64,000 bases of DNA, from the NCBI RefSeq assembly GCF_006345805.1, contig NW_021832122.1, positions 1 to 64,000 on the forward strand, read 5' to 3'. Every line of letters begins with the position of its first letter. Within the stretch, counting starts at the first letter, position 1. Position numbers and translations under genes: made by a program. The notes beneath the pieces were generated by a model. That model was given only the letters and a program-made list of their open reading frames with translations, did no database searches and was not told the DNA's origin. Source of the stretch: Octopus sinensis. Lineage: Eukaryota. Positions 12,143 through 26,157 of the stretch are shown here, in pieces.

Positions 12143-13120
12143 TCACTCAGCAACAGTAATTTGGTCAAGTTTTTTAGTAACAGCGTGGGCAATCATCTCC
12201 GAAATATAATCACTGATAATCTCACTAATCTAAAACAACTCAAATAAAACAGAAAACAGCAAATTCCGCAGAAATATCGTAAGCCATGTCAACCGCAGTG
12301 TCAAAAACAGGCATTTTATGTCTAGTAAGTGCAATAATGCAATTCCGAACTCGGGCAATGTCACTAAATTGTTCAGAAACAATCTAAAAATAAGCAAAAG
12401 CACAAACAGCAGAGTTTTCCTGAGCAGGCGACAGCCAAATATTGCCGTTATTACCAAAAACGACACTCACAGCACATGTGAGAGTACAAAAGTGTGATTT
12501 ACAGCGTCTAACCAAAGAAGGGGATATTTTGACCAACACTCCCAGATGGAGCTTCCATTAGTGGAGAAAGCCAACCTTGCCATATCTGTTACTCCGTGAG
12601 TGTAGTTGGATACAGCCGTCGGTGGGGACTGTCCGCACTTCCGCACTGATTAGGTCACCTTCGTTGAGGTACGTCTTCATCAGTTTTTCGTCCTCAAAAG
12701 ACTTAATTCTCTACTCACTAAGCAAGCAGGCAATCACCGAGTCCCCACTGGGCAGAATCACTGCCGACAGTGGCAGGATTGCGTCTTGACGGGAATTTAT
12801 GTTGACTCTCCACTTCCTGAGGCCCACCCCGACGATTCGACCGACAACCACGTCCCCCACTTCCCCCATGTATCTGGTCTTTAGTGGGATGACTCGGGCT
12901 AGTTGATTCACGTAGTTCACTACTCCAGCAATTGTGGCCTTTATTTCGCCCTTGTTGTCTCGGACTGTGCCGTGGCCACTTTTGGTTAGTTTGGTTGTTT
13001 ATACTGCATGTACATTGGGTTGGTCACGATTGTGTCTCCGGGCACTACTATTCCACTCACACTGCTTTCTGTTTTTTCTTTTTTGGTTCTATTTTTTAAT
13101 GAATAGATAATCGTGGACAT
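12143..13120 (-). CDS. EXOSC2: Exosome complex component RRP4 (6 exons; introns 26, 27, 24, 24, 28 nt)
   Basis: VVPGDTI..MHGHGT..ATIAGVV..RVIPLKTRYMGEVGDVVVGRI..WRVNINSRQDAILPLSAVILPSGD..YLNEGDLISAEV..LHSRSNRYGKL..VVFGNNGNIW. Confidence 0.95.
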
Positions 13121-13273
13121 GCCACACAAAACTACTCGATATATTAAATTTATTTAATAATAAATAAATCATCACTTAATCTCAATAAATAATATTCCTC
13201 AACTTTAAATTAGTCATAAATAGAGGGTCGGCTTCCCTATTGAAAAAAACAAATTGATATAAATGTTTAAATT

Positions 13274-15250
13274 TTTTTTTTTGGAAGATTAAAAAATATA
13301 TTAAGAGTATGAGAAATCGTCAAAAAAAAACTAGCTATTATGTACTGGCTCGCAGGATTGAAAGACAATTCCCGCGTAAAACAGCCTGCGAGATCCTCTG
13401 AATAAGGAATATAAATTCCCTCGGATCTCTGGAGCGGTAGGTGCACAGGCGGCCAAGTTTCTTGAGATGAGCAAGCGTCTTGGCCCCAAAAACACAGGAA
13501 GTTTCGACGGCAATTGCCCAAAAGCAAAATCGATCGCGTAAATCGTCGTATTTCGTTAGTTTTGTGAATTCGGCCATCTCAGCCGACGAACCGGGTCGAC
13601 AAGCCGTAGCATTTAAGGCACCCTTGGCGAAAGAGTCAGAACAGGTGACGTCCCACACGAGCTGCTTCCCGGATTCAAAAGCGAAAAGCGTACAGCCGTC
13701 TGGACGTTTTGCATCTTCAAGAACAAGGCCCGTCGGTTCCAGAATAGAAGGGAAACCAGCTCTTTCCAGAGCTTTGTGAATTAGATTGTTGATTTCGGTG
13801 TGCCGAGGAAATCGGCCGGCGCTCATTCGACAAGACAGAGGATGTAGCCCAAAGGCGTCAACTTTATCCCCACAACGACATGGGTGAGGTCTGCAGACAG
13901 GGAGTCCAAGGCGATTACAGATACCCAAACGGAGTGAATCCCTATCGAGGACAGTATCCAAAAGCGGAGAAGGGAGTACATTCAGCCAGGAGCCTGAGTA
14001 TGGCTGACAGGCGGAACGGAAACAAGCCAGTCTGTGTTGGTCGAGGAGTGGTTCCAAGTCAGTTGAAGATCGACGGCAAAGAATTTTGTCCCAGTCTCGC
14101 TGAGAAAAGACATCGGAAGGGACTTCAGAGAAATTGCGTTTCCAAAGAGCGAGGGCCGAATCAATATCAGAGTCCAACGATGATTCAGTAGTTTTTTCCA
14201 GAATCTTTTGGACAAGAAGATATGATCCAGACGCCGAAGAAAGAAAGGCAGGAAGAGCCAAATCAATACTGGAACGGAGGCCCAGACCCCCGTGACTCAC
14301 AGGAAGTTTAGCCTGACACCAGGCAATATCATCGAAATGCACATTGAGAATTTTCTCCGCAGACCTCCGAACCAAGGAATCATAAGATTCCAGCACTTGC
14401 GTGGCATAAAAACAAGGTGAGCTCCTCAGGATATAAACAATTTTTGGGATCAAAAGATAGTTCTTGAGGATGTAGAATGAAGGATGAGGATCAATGACAG
14501 AAAGTTTTTCACAAAGAGATGCGATAAGATTTTTTTTGGCGAGGAGGATTTGTGTAGCTGAGTCGGCGAGAATCGGTGACCCCAGAATTTCCAGATCAGA
14601 CAGAGGTGTCTGTCTCAACTCAGGAAGGAGTTTGCAAAAAAGAGAGAAGGAGTTCTTAAACAGGGATGGCTCAACAGAGAGATTGACAATCTCGGACTTG
14701 CTGGAATTAATAACCAGACCAATGTCGGATAAAGCCGGAATTAGACTGGCTAAGTCCTTTAGCAAAACATCAGGCGGACCGCCAAGGGTGCAATCGTCGA
14801 GATACCAAAGATTAAGGGGTGATTCGTTAACGCGGGCAATGGCATCCACGGCAAGAGCGAACAGTAATGGGCCCAAAGGATCCCCCTGTTGGACGCCACA
14901 GGACGAAGAAATGAAAGAACCACCGGCGATTAAAAGTGATGGAAGCGAGTACGAAAGCGATATAAAGGGAAGCAAGTGTGGAACACGGTCTTGGCAGACC
15001 TCCAACATATGACCACGGTCCAGAGAATTGAAAGCATTAGTTACATCCAGTTTCAATAAGGCAAGGGAAATATTGGAACGAGTAGAACCGTGAATAAAAC
15101 AACGACAGGCATGGACAGAAGACTCGCAACCGCCAGGAACACCCACACCCAACTGAATGGGCTGCAGTTGCTCGCCAATAGAAGGAATAACTGACTTACA
15201 ACAGACTTTCGCTTTGCCGCTTAGGAATAAATTGCACAAGTTAGTGCAAG
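13274..15250 (-). mobile_element. Young 5'-truncated CRE-clade retroelement with an uninterrupted 633-aa RT + zinc knuckle + RLE frame
   Basis: LKLDVTNAFNS, GVQQGDPLGP, YLDD, LPVSHGGLG, CRCG..HPLSC..RH, KRPD..VWDVT, AVET, RISQAVLRGN. Poly(A) tail; 12-bp TSD AATGTTTAAATT at 13262-13273 and 15251-15262. Confidence 0.95.
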
Positions 15251-15324
15251 AATGTTTAAATTAGACAAAACTCAATCCGATAGAATAATTAACAAAGAAC
15301 GGGAAAATTGCGAAGAAATGTGAA

Positions 15325-16146
15325 CTAGTCATTGAGCAAAGGAAATGAATAATGAGAAATGCCCCCATCTCTACTCAGCATGGAAACGACGACAGAATCC
15401 CCAACTTCTATAAGTCGATGTGAAGCAGCTCTAAATATATTCTGACAACAGGCATTAATCTCATCAACACTCATATCCACATCTTCACTTCTGGTCACCT
15501 TTTCAGTACCAGAAATGTTGTGTTTGCCCACCTGAAATCCTCACTGACGGAATACCAGATTAGCCAAAAGAGGAGTCATAATAGCAGCCCCCATTCCACT
15601 GGCCGAGTAAATAACCTTTTCAATGCAGCCGACTGGGTCGTAGTCGTAGACACACGCACTTCCTGCCATCCAACCACCACCAACAACCTTCGTTGTCAAA
15701 TCCGGCCACCACAGGGAAGGCGTAGTAAGGAAAGAACCTCTTGCTGTACAACTTCATGGCCAAACGATGGGAGAATGAATCACATGTTAAGGGCAGACTG
15801 GAGTCCTCGTCATATCTCTACCCAATTACTCACCACACAACCTCCACGATCAATTTCATCTCCTTGACCAAGGTGGTGGCATCCCCCTGATATCCACATG
15901 TGGTCATTAGTATATTTTTATTACTATTTAGTCATTAAGGGCTATACATTTGGTGGTTTCTGTTCATTTCCCGAGAGAGAATTTGGTATCCGGACGTAAG
16001 ACGAGTGTCAGATGCGAGTACAACGTAATTTTTGGTAGCAATACCAATGACTGAACTAACATGTTATTCACATGAGGAAAATACCCCCCGTTAAATTCGT
16101 AGGGGTTCCATTGCTCCTCTTTTGATGTCAAAATTGAACTTATCAT
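15325..16146 (-). CDS. PSMB1: Proteasome subunit beta type-1 (beta6), 6 exons
   Basis: WNPYEFNGGSVIGIA..VLASDTRLTSGYQILSR..GYQGD..LYSKRFFPYY..VAGFD..YDYDPVG..AASHRLIEVGD. Confidence 0.93.
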
Positions 16147-16324
16147 CACTAGAGCTATAACGTTCTATTAATTATTATTTAAATTGCAAAAATGAATTTT
16201 ATTGATATATTAGATATAATTTGAATGCTTTTTAATATTTTACAGAAAATAAGTTTTTTAAACAATTTATTATAGGATCATACGTGGATTAAAAATGTCA
16301 AAAACAATGTTATAAATAAATTGA

Positions 16325-17366
16325 TTATTGGAAATAGGAGATCAATGCGGTTATCACTGTGCCCAATATTAATCCGAATAATTCTATAGAAAAAAGAATT
16401 ATTCCAATTTTTGTAGAACTATTATCTTTAAGCAAACTGAGTCTGTTTTTTTTGACTTGTTGTGTCTGGGCAGTCAAATAATATGAGAACCATTCCATTA
16501 ATCGAAACGTTGAGAAATACTCCAGCAACAAAAGCCAGGCCCCAATTAAGTATTCCTGTAATATTCCCAAAAATAATCCCAACAAAGAACCCAAAATAAA
16601 AAAATGCTACTGAAATAAAATTGAGAATTAAAATCTTCTTTTTAGAAAACTCCATGCTCAGGAAAATAGAAATATCACCTAAATTGTAACGAAAAACACG
16701 TGCCAATTTCGTGAGTAAATTCTTCAAAGAATATTATAATGCTTAAACTAAGACCAAATACAATGCTGGTCGAATAAGCAATGCTCAAAGAGAATCCGTC
16801 CATAAATTTATGAATGCTGTCCCCAACAATCATAGAAACGACCAACGAGTTGTCAATTGGTTCTTGTTCCTTTTATACTTTAATAAGAATTACAAATTGA
16901 ATCGGTTCTTGACATTTATAATTCGAATAAAAGTCGGAAATAGAACTGAATATATATATTAACAAGTTTCCGATCTGCATCACTATGCCTTTCCAAAGAA
17001 TTGTTTTTTTAGGTTCGTCGATTGCGAAAATCTGCGACTTTAAGTGACAATCGGACAACCTCAGGTATCAAAAATAGGAGAGTGGCACTACTAGTCGCCC
17101 CAATAGACAGTGTTATGAAAAACAGGAGCATATATTTGTATAATGAATATTTGCTTATAAACACAAATGAAATCCCGAAAGCAGATAATAACGAGAATAC
17201 TAATAAAGTCAGCAGCCCACACATCCACACTGAATTTAAAATCATCAAAAATACCTAATCGTTTGCTTGGCAATTTATGGTTTGATGGATTTTCGTTGTT
17301 GGCGGGTGATTTGTTCAAAACCATGTGGCTGTTTATCCCAATGAACAGAAGGGGCAAGTAATACAT
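16325..17366 (-). CDS. ZIP (SLC39) LIV-1-subfamily metal transporter, ZIP8/ZIP14-like
   Basis: Hydrophobic N-terminus, LFLIPE, GDSIHKFMDG, and EEFTHEIGD (compare EEFPHE of ZIP8/14). One intron appears to be GC-AG. Confidence 0.85.
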
Positions 17367-18568
17367 TTATCAAATTCACGAATGCTTTATTATTATTTGA
17401 GTTTGATTGATTTTATCAAAATTCCGAGAACTTTTGATATTTAGGTTAATGGGAAAATGGGAAATTATAAGTCAATTTTTGATGATCCTTCGATTCGATG
17501 GAGGATTTTATCACGTTCAACTTGAATTTTAACGAGCATTATTTTTAGAAGTTGGTTTTTCATTCGGGAATATATATTATTACTTTAAAATTCTGTTATC
17601 TCAGTTGTTTCAAATAACTTTCACGTAGGTTTCTAGAATTATTTAAAAAGGATTTTTAAAGGATATTCTATTTGTTTAATTGTACTATTTTCACCCTTTT
17701 ATTACTCGAATTGACATTTACCATTAAAGATAACTTTAATTATCAATAATTGAATTGTATAAAATAATTTTTCTGACTAAAAAGATGAGGATAAATCAAA
17801 GCATCGAAAAAGATTGTCAAGAAATGGTGAAATTTCAAATTTTTTTTTTAATTGTAGAAACTTTTTAAAAATCAAATATAAAAACTGTTTAAGCTTGACC
17901 TCTTTCTTTGACACAATGCCCTGTTATCCTGAAGTATGAACTTGCAGAAATATTCATGAACCAGCAAATCATTTCCTGAATTTTGATAAAAGTTGAGCAT
18001 TTTCTTCCGTTGAGGAGTTTTTTTCAATAAAATTTATTTTGTAAATATTTGTAGATATTTTTTTAGATATAAAATATCTAAATATATATTTTATTTTCAA
18101 AAGTTTTACGTTTGGTAAAAGTCGCATGAGTAAGTTAATTATCCATAAACACGTCTTTCCACGCATATTCTAAATCACTATTTAGTTTAATCGACGTGGT
18201 CATTCGCAACTCCATTGCTGACTGGGTCCTTTAGTTGTTCCAGACATGTGTCTGTGTCTGTACATGTCTAGTCTTCCATCGATTTTGTATTAGTTGCGTA
18301 GCACTGGCTGACACATGTACTTTATATGGCGGCTGGTTGATACTATAATTCTATTAAAATGTCTGTGAAAAATACGTAAATGTTGATTATGTATGGAAGG
18401 CCGTATTTCCCAGCATTAAGATAGCCTTAATGTCTATATTTTGTTTTCTTTTGTCGCTGCTATGCAACCTGTCATTTTAATTACTATTTTTTATAAATTT
18501 TGCTATTAGCGTGGGCAATGTAGGTTTTGGGACTGTTTTTAGATTGTGACTGTCATGTCGAAGGATTG

Positions 18569-20328
18569 ATGATGGCTTCGGAAACCCCTGGAGACTTAGT
18601 TATGGAAGAAGACTGTAGTTATGACGAAGAACTGTCGAGAGATGAAATGTACGAATATGCTCGTCTTATTGGGGTGGACCCACAAACAGAGCCCGGTCTC
18701 ATGTACATTGTCCAGGAAGGACTGAAAGCACCACTTCCCGAACATTGGAAGCCCATGTAACCTTATAAGTAATTGAACAGTCTTCGGGAGAATGGACAAA
18801 TTTATTATTTTAATTTTTTGACCTCAAAAAGCACCTGGGAACACCCATGTGATGATTTCTACAGGAAAATGGCAGATCGAGAAAGATCACAGAGAACGCT
18901 GATTAAAGAACCTCAAAAAATTAACGGACATTTGGAAAAGGCTACAAATGGGACAACCCCTATCAATCTAGTCCCAGAAAACAGCCTAGTGATCCCATTT
19001 GACTCATTTGTAGTTCAGTTTTGGAAGGGAGGTCAGTGATGAGTACGAACTGTCAAGTAAACACGAAGACTCGCCAAGGTTGTGACTTATTTATGGCTGA
19101 TCAGCAGAAATCGGGAAGTCAAGAACTCAGAAAGACAGGTAGAGAACTCTGAGGGCTTGGATTCGTACGAGGTAGTTGTAGTTTGGAGGAATCGTAGAAT
19201 GACAATTATGTTTTGCAGCCATCAAAAATCGTTTCATTCAAGCAAAAGAAATCGGAAATTATTGACTTTGGTCGACTAGGTGAGCAGAAATCGAACGGGC
19301 TATGTCGAAAAAATAACCACAAATTAAAAAATCACTACAAATCAACAAATCATTTAAAAGCAACTCAAAATTATATCCTCAATAAAAAACCTAAACTGGA
19401 TAACCTCCCTTCGAATTCTAAAAAAGCGAATAAATTAGTTGGGGATGAACATTTAAAAAGTCCAAATACCTGCAGTGTAGTTCCGGATTGTTGCAATAAG
19501 CAAGACTCTGTTTTTGAGAACCAAACATTTTGTTCTCAAAATGGTTTAACAGACAATGAAAACAGTCATTTATCCAAAATAGTGTCAAAAAATGTCATTT
19601 CTAATCAATTTGCGGCCAAAGGTATTTTGTTGGACACCGAATCTAAAAATGTGTGGCTTTTAATGTATTTCTGTATAGAATGGAGAAATTGACAATTTGC
19701 TATCAAAGTTATCCCTTTCAACACAAAATGAGCAGTCCTGTCATTCCGAGGTTAGTGATCTTGACATTTATAATGGTAGATTTATGGAGAATCAACTTCT
19801 ACCCATATTCGACTGTATATCCCTTAATTAAATGTTTCAGTCCAGAAAACCAATTAAAACATTCCAAAAGTGTTACTGTGGGTGAAATCAAGAATGGAAC
19901 ATTTAATTATCACACATCAAATAATTCAGAAAACCGCTGTATGACTATTGCCCTTTAAATACACTTAGCTGCTGATCAAGTGTTTACTACACACAAAATG
20001 GGCCTGTCCTCCCAACCTACTGCCTTCCGTTTGTGAGGTGATTGTGACTTGTTAGAAGCCCGTTTTAACAATAATCGAATTCCTACGAATATGCTCAAGT
20101 CGTATGACCAGGCTGAAAGATCCCTGGAAGCCAAATGGAGGCGATACCAGGAACTGCAGAAGACTGGAGTCAAAGAAGTGCTTACTAGACCAGCAAATAA
20201 GTAATTTTGAAATATATGAACTGCATAGACCATTGGAAGACACGACAGTCAATGATCGACTGTCTAATCACAGAAAATGGCTTTCAAAACTCCAAGACGA
20301 CATAACAGCCCACCTTTGTCGCAAATGA
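18569..20328 (+). CDS. CEP164: CEP164-like centriolar protein (N-terminal WW domain); downstream exons and 3' end approximate
   Basis: LVMEED..EMYEYARLIGVDP..GLKAPLPEHWKP|ILRENGQIYYFNF..STWEHPCDDFYR, joined by a 24-nt intron at ~18757-18780. Confidence 0.8.
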
Positions 20329-20478
20329 TGAAATGTCTGTCCATACTGTGTATAAATATATGCCTCTTAATTTACTGTTCCAATTTTTGTGCGAATATAA
20401 AGATTTTGTTCCCTTTAAAACAGGCAGTTTAGATGGATGGACAAATTTAATTAAACAAAGAAAAAGACTGGTTAAAGG

Positions 20479-20807
20479 CTAGATTCTGTAAGAGTGTTTG
20501 TTGCGGGTGAGGTAGTTTATGATAAATTCGATTGGATCGGGGGGTCTCTCCTTGGCCAAGGACATCATGGACTGAATTAGAATCGGAACAACTGTTTTGT
20601 GGAGGTAGTCACGTTCGGGAAGACTATTTAATTCGAGTCTTTGAACTTTGTTCATTTCGTGGATTCCAGTCTGTTGATAAGGCAATAAAAGTACTTGGCT
20701 TCGAGAATCGAAAAATGTTTTCTGTTCCATACTATCAATAGAATCACTGTTTATATTTCCAGAAGTCATAACTAATATTGACAATCAATTTGTATACAGT
20801 TATCCAT
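20479..20807 (-). CDS. DPY30: Dpy-30 histone methyltransferase complex subunit
   Basis: LNSLPERDYLHKTVVPILIQSMMSLAKERPPDPIEFIINYL. A short first exon joins via a 26-nt intron. Confidence 0.9.
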
Positions 20808-21131
20808 ACTCACAGCAACCAATTAAAACAAAAATTTATTAAACAATATTTTAAATATTTATAATAAAACACATAAAAAAATTAATCTTTTTCTTGTGAA
20901 GCTAATCAAATAACATTTATACTAATTTAAAATGATTGGGCAAAATTCTTTAGTTCGTGGAATGTATCTGATTTATTTTCAGCACAATTTCACATTTAGA
21001 ATTTTAAAAAATTAGAAAAATGTTGTAGATTGCCAATATAAAATATTATTATTAAAATAATTTTATATTATTTCCGAATATTCACGACAATAAGCCACGC
21101 TATTTAAATAGTCTCTTTCTCATTTTGATAA

Positions 21132-22301
<1,170 letters not shown>

Positions 22302-22623
22302 AAATATTGATATAAATGGTTTATTGTTCTAAATAAAGGAAATTAATGTTATTTAATTATGTTCTGTCACCATAGGAGTGGATTAATCTGTAGTTCTGAT
22401 TATCATAATTAAAACACCCCACCCTCATTAGTTGACCCAAATAACTAATATCTGGAACATTAAATATTACTGTAAAAGGAAAAGTATTTCCACAAAACAA
22501 GCTGAGGTGATGGATCAGCAATCTGAAGTACAAATGATCAAATTCCATCCAAAGGAGTAGGTGGACTATTCTATAAGGCGGTTTACAAAAAGTTATGGGA
22601 GGTATGTGGAATGTTGCCTTCTA

Positions 22624-24235
22624 CAGTCCGACCCCCAAATGGGGCACCAAGTGCCCCAAAATGCGGGGGTGCCCCAAAAACAGGGGTTTGTTATTTTTTT
22701 AAAAATTAAACCATTAATAAACATCAAAAAACATTTTTACTAAAATATTCAGTTATTTTCTTTTTATTTGTAGAGTTTTGTCTGATATTGTTCGTCAATT
22801 TCAGCCGAAAATCAAAAAAATCTCGGAGCATACTTGGTGCAACATTAGAAATTTTTTCTTCTAAATTGTTAAGCAGATCTTTTGTTTTTGCTACGACATT
22901 TTCACTATTTTCGGTTTCTGAATATGTATCATAAACATTATTGTTCATGTCTTCGCATTCTCCATCAATTGTTTCGTTAACAACTTGATCTAAATGTTCA
23001 TCTGTTAGACAGTTTTTTGTTGCATAAGAATCACGGTTCCTGTCGATTTTCTTCCAACAATTAACAATACTTTTAGCATCTATTTTCTCCCATCCTTTTG
23101 AAATTAGCATCATAACCTGACGCAAATTTAATTTACCAATAGAATGTGTAAAATCGTTTTCGAAATCTTGAAAACATAAAAATTCCATTAAGAAAGAGGA
23201 ATAATAATCTTTAAAAATCTTGATTATTCCCATATCCAAAGGTTGTAAATAGGGCGTTGTATTTTTCGGCAAAAATATTTTAATACTTTCTGGTCATATT
23301 TTTCAAAATAATTTTTCACATAAGATAAATCACATGAAGCTTTTTCACCACATATTGACTTGAATTGAAGTTCATGCCGCAATTTAAATCTATCAAGCCA
23401 CCCATTGGAAGCTTTAAAAGAAGTAAATCCAATTTTTGAAGCTGTAACTAAGGCAATTTTTTTCAAAATAGGGCCTGAAATCGGAATTTTATCTACGCGT
23501 AGTCTTTGAAATATTTCAAAGACTTGATCATCAAATTTATCTTTATCGGCTTTAAATGTGTCATATTCCTCAGAAATAGTATTGCCGTGTTGCAAGAAAG
23601 GTACAATATTTCGTTTTATTCTTGATATTGTTCCTTTACTTGTGTTGTACTTTTTCATTAGTTGCCTCTCAGATAAATTTTTCTTCAAAATTTCTTTAGC
23701 AATCTTCAATTTAGTTTCGTAATCCATAACCACAACAATAAAAATATAAATTGAAAATAAAACAAAAAATAATTAATTTATTATAATTTTATTTTATTTT
23801 TAATTCCTTATAAATGATTTTATGGTGCCCCAAAAATTCCATAATTTTTTATCGATTTTTATTTTTTTTCTGCCAAAATGTACTTTTGGAATAAAGTGCC
23901 CCAAATTGCGGGGGTGCCCCAAAATCCGAGGGTGCCCCACCCCTGGGGTCTGCCCCATTTTGGGGTCGGACTGTAGTTTCGTAATCCATAACCACAACAA
24001 TAAAAATATAAATTGAAAATAAAACAAAAAATAATTAATTTATTATAATTTTATTTTATTTTTAATTCCTTATAAATGATTTTATGGTGCCCCAAAAATT
24101 CCATAATTTTTTATCGATTTTTATTTTTTTTCTGCCAAAATGTACTTTTGGAATAAAGTGCCCCAAATTGCGGGGGTGCCCCAAAATCCGAGGGTGCCCC
24201 ACCCCTGGGGTCTGCCCCATTTTGGGGTCGGACTG
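22624..24235 (-). mobile_element. pogo/Tigger-like transposon, DDE core deleted, with one end tandemly duplicated
   Basis: TIR CAGTCCGACCCCMAAATGGGGCA flanked by TA. CENPB-type HTH (FKASNGWLDRFKLRH..GE) is joined directly to LPKNTTPYLQPLDMGII. 23712-23973 is repeated at 23974-24235. Confidence 0.9.
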
Positions 24236-24944
24236 TAGTCACTTTAAAGGTTATTAATTAATTTTTTAAAAAGGTGTTAAAAAGATAACAGACCAAGAAT
24301 GAGAAAATAGGTAAAATGGTATTTTTTGCCATTAATAAATAAATTAGAAAAAATTATTTTGAAAAAAATTTGAAAATTTTTCATTTGTACAACAACGAAC
24401 ACAATTTTTTGGCAAAACAATAATGGGATTTATATCAGTTATACGCAAAAAAACGAATGCTAATTCTATCTCTTCAAAATTTCCATATGAAATCGCACAA
24501 AAATAATGTAACTTTGAGTGATGTAATTTAAAGATTAAAGTTAAAAAAGATTTTGGTGCTAATCATGCGCTAAGATTGGAAGAAATTGAGATGCCTATGC
24601 CAATATGGCTGCAGTAGAATTATTACTAATAAATAATCTAGTCAAAATAACAATGAATGCTTAAAATTAGATTCGCTACGAAATTGAAAAACGGAACGTG
24701 TACGGATTTTGGAACAAAAATGATTAAAAACCATAAAAATTATTTACAATAAAATTTCCATCGAATATTTTTTAATTCAAATTTTTTGTCCTATTTTTTC
24801 AATTTCCATTAAATATTTCTGTGAAAATAGATTATGTAAATTAGTTCGAGGATCAGCGTTGAAGCTCTAAAAATTAGTGTTTAAGTCACTTATAACCAAG
24901 CGTTTGGATTTTTCTTGGAAATTTTTTGTTAAGATATTAAGACA

Positions 24945-25349
24945 TTTATTGATCAAAGAAGCAGGGTAAAACAGTTAATTATAATCCGCGTGATCCCCGA
25001 TTCACTTCGCAAGCGACCGCAATTCTTCGGAAAGGTTCGATCCCGTCCACGGTGATCGGTCTGGGACGACGATGTCCCGGGTCAGAGTCCCAGAAATCCT
25101 TTTCGGTAGCCATTAGGTGCCTTCTGAGGCATATCCGATTGGAAGTTCTAACTGACATGGTGGACTACATAAGGCTACGCTAAGACCGGAATGTAAAAGA
25201 TCCCCATTTTCAACTATGTCGTGCCAAAAGGACTCGTCGCCTCGCAGGCAAAAGAAGAATGACGAGAATTAACCCATTGTTGGAAACTAGCCTCCTTTGG
25301 ATTCGAACCCACGACTGTCCAGATCCAGCATCCATAGCTAAAGCTTCAG
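24945..25349 (-). mobile_element. tRNA-derived SINE, copy 1
   Basis: Minus-strand head CTGAAGCTTTAGCTATGG..GGTTCGAATCC (A and B boxes), a shared body and an AATAAA tail. Homologous to 34904-35307 and 62280-62483. Confidence 0.8.
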
Positions 25350-26157
25350 TTAAAGTAAGAGATATTTTGTTAAAATAGGATATACCAAAAAAACTGTTCG
25401 TTAAACATTCAATTACTGGAAAATTTAATGAGGAAATAAATGACTATTTAAATACAATTTAATCCTTTATAAGTCGGATACTTTGTCATTAAGAATCCAA
25501 AGATATTAAGAGGAAGCATCGTAGTGGTGATTATTCTTTCATTTTGAATGATTTACACAAGCAATATATTTTTAATTTGGTCGATGATAGTCAATTATCG
25601 ACACAATCAAAGTTAAAAGACACACTGTTTTTTGAATATATGATAAATATCAGTCAAAGTAAAATTAACAGATGTCTTGAAGATTTTCACAATGTAATTA
25701 AACAATCCTAAACAATATTTTGATACCACAATTAATCTAGAGAAAATATAAAGATTATTTCCGACGTTACAAACTGAAATCGAATATAAGATCATATTTT
25801 TTCTCGATGAAATATGATTTTCTATTTGGAAGCGTGCGAAAATACAGAGCAATATTTTGAAATTTTCCCTATTTAATAGTGGCTTAAGTAAAAAGCAGAA
25901 ACATATCTCTTTTACAGTATTGAATAGATATTGAATGATTTTCCACTGAAATTTTCAATTTTTTAATGGACAGACTTTTAAAGAATGTCTGATAAAAAAC
26001 TCAAAAAATGGCATAAAATTCATAATATGTGACATGGGCTGCGCGATACCTACGGGCCGCGTGATACCTGACGTGACCTTGAAATGTGCAATTATGACAT
26101 TGATGGGATTAAATTATAAATCTTTTAATTAGACCGCGACTCATTCTTATCATTTAA

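Noticed and set aside
13480-15012. Plus-strand ORFs overlapping the CRE element, and similar antisense ORFs over other genes
   Set aside because: These are shadow frames of GC-richer coding sequence on the opposite strand.
17430-17530. FDGGFYHVQLEF resembling a ubiquitin-conjugating enzyme segment
   Set aside because: No downstream PxxYP..PP or catalytic HPN..C motif could be assembled with plausible introns.
17950-18470. Possible small multi-exon gene divergent from CEP164
   Set aside because: Intron-like segments are present, but no consistent full reading frame or family could be established.
24945-25349. SINE head as a functional tRNA gene, and SINE/LINE tails as HDV or hammerhead ribozymes
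   Set aside because: No complete cloverleaf could be formed; CCCTCGCT/CCCTCCTC motifs lack the P1/P3 pairing of HDV ribozymes, and no CTGANGA..GAAA core with stems was found.
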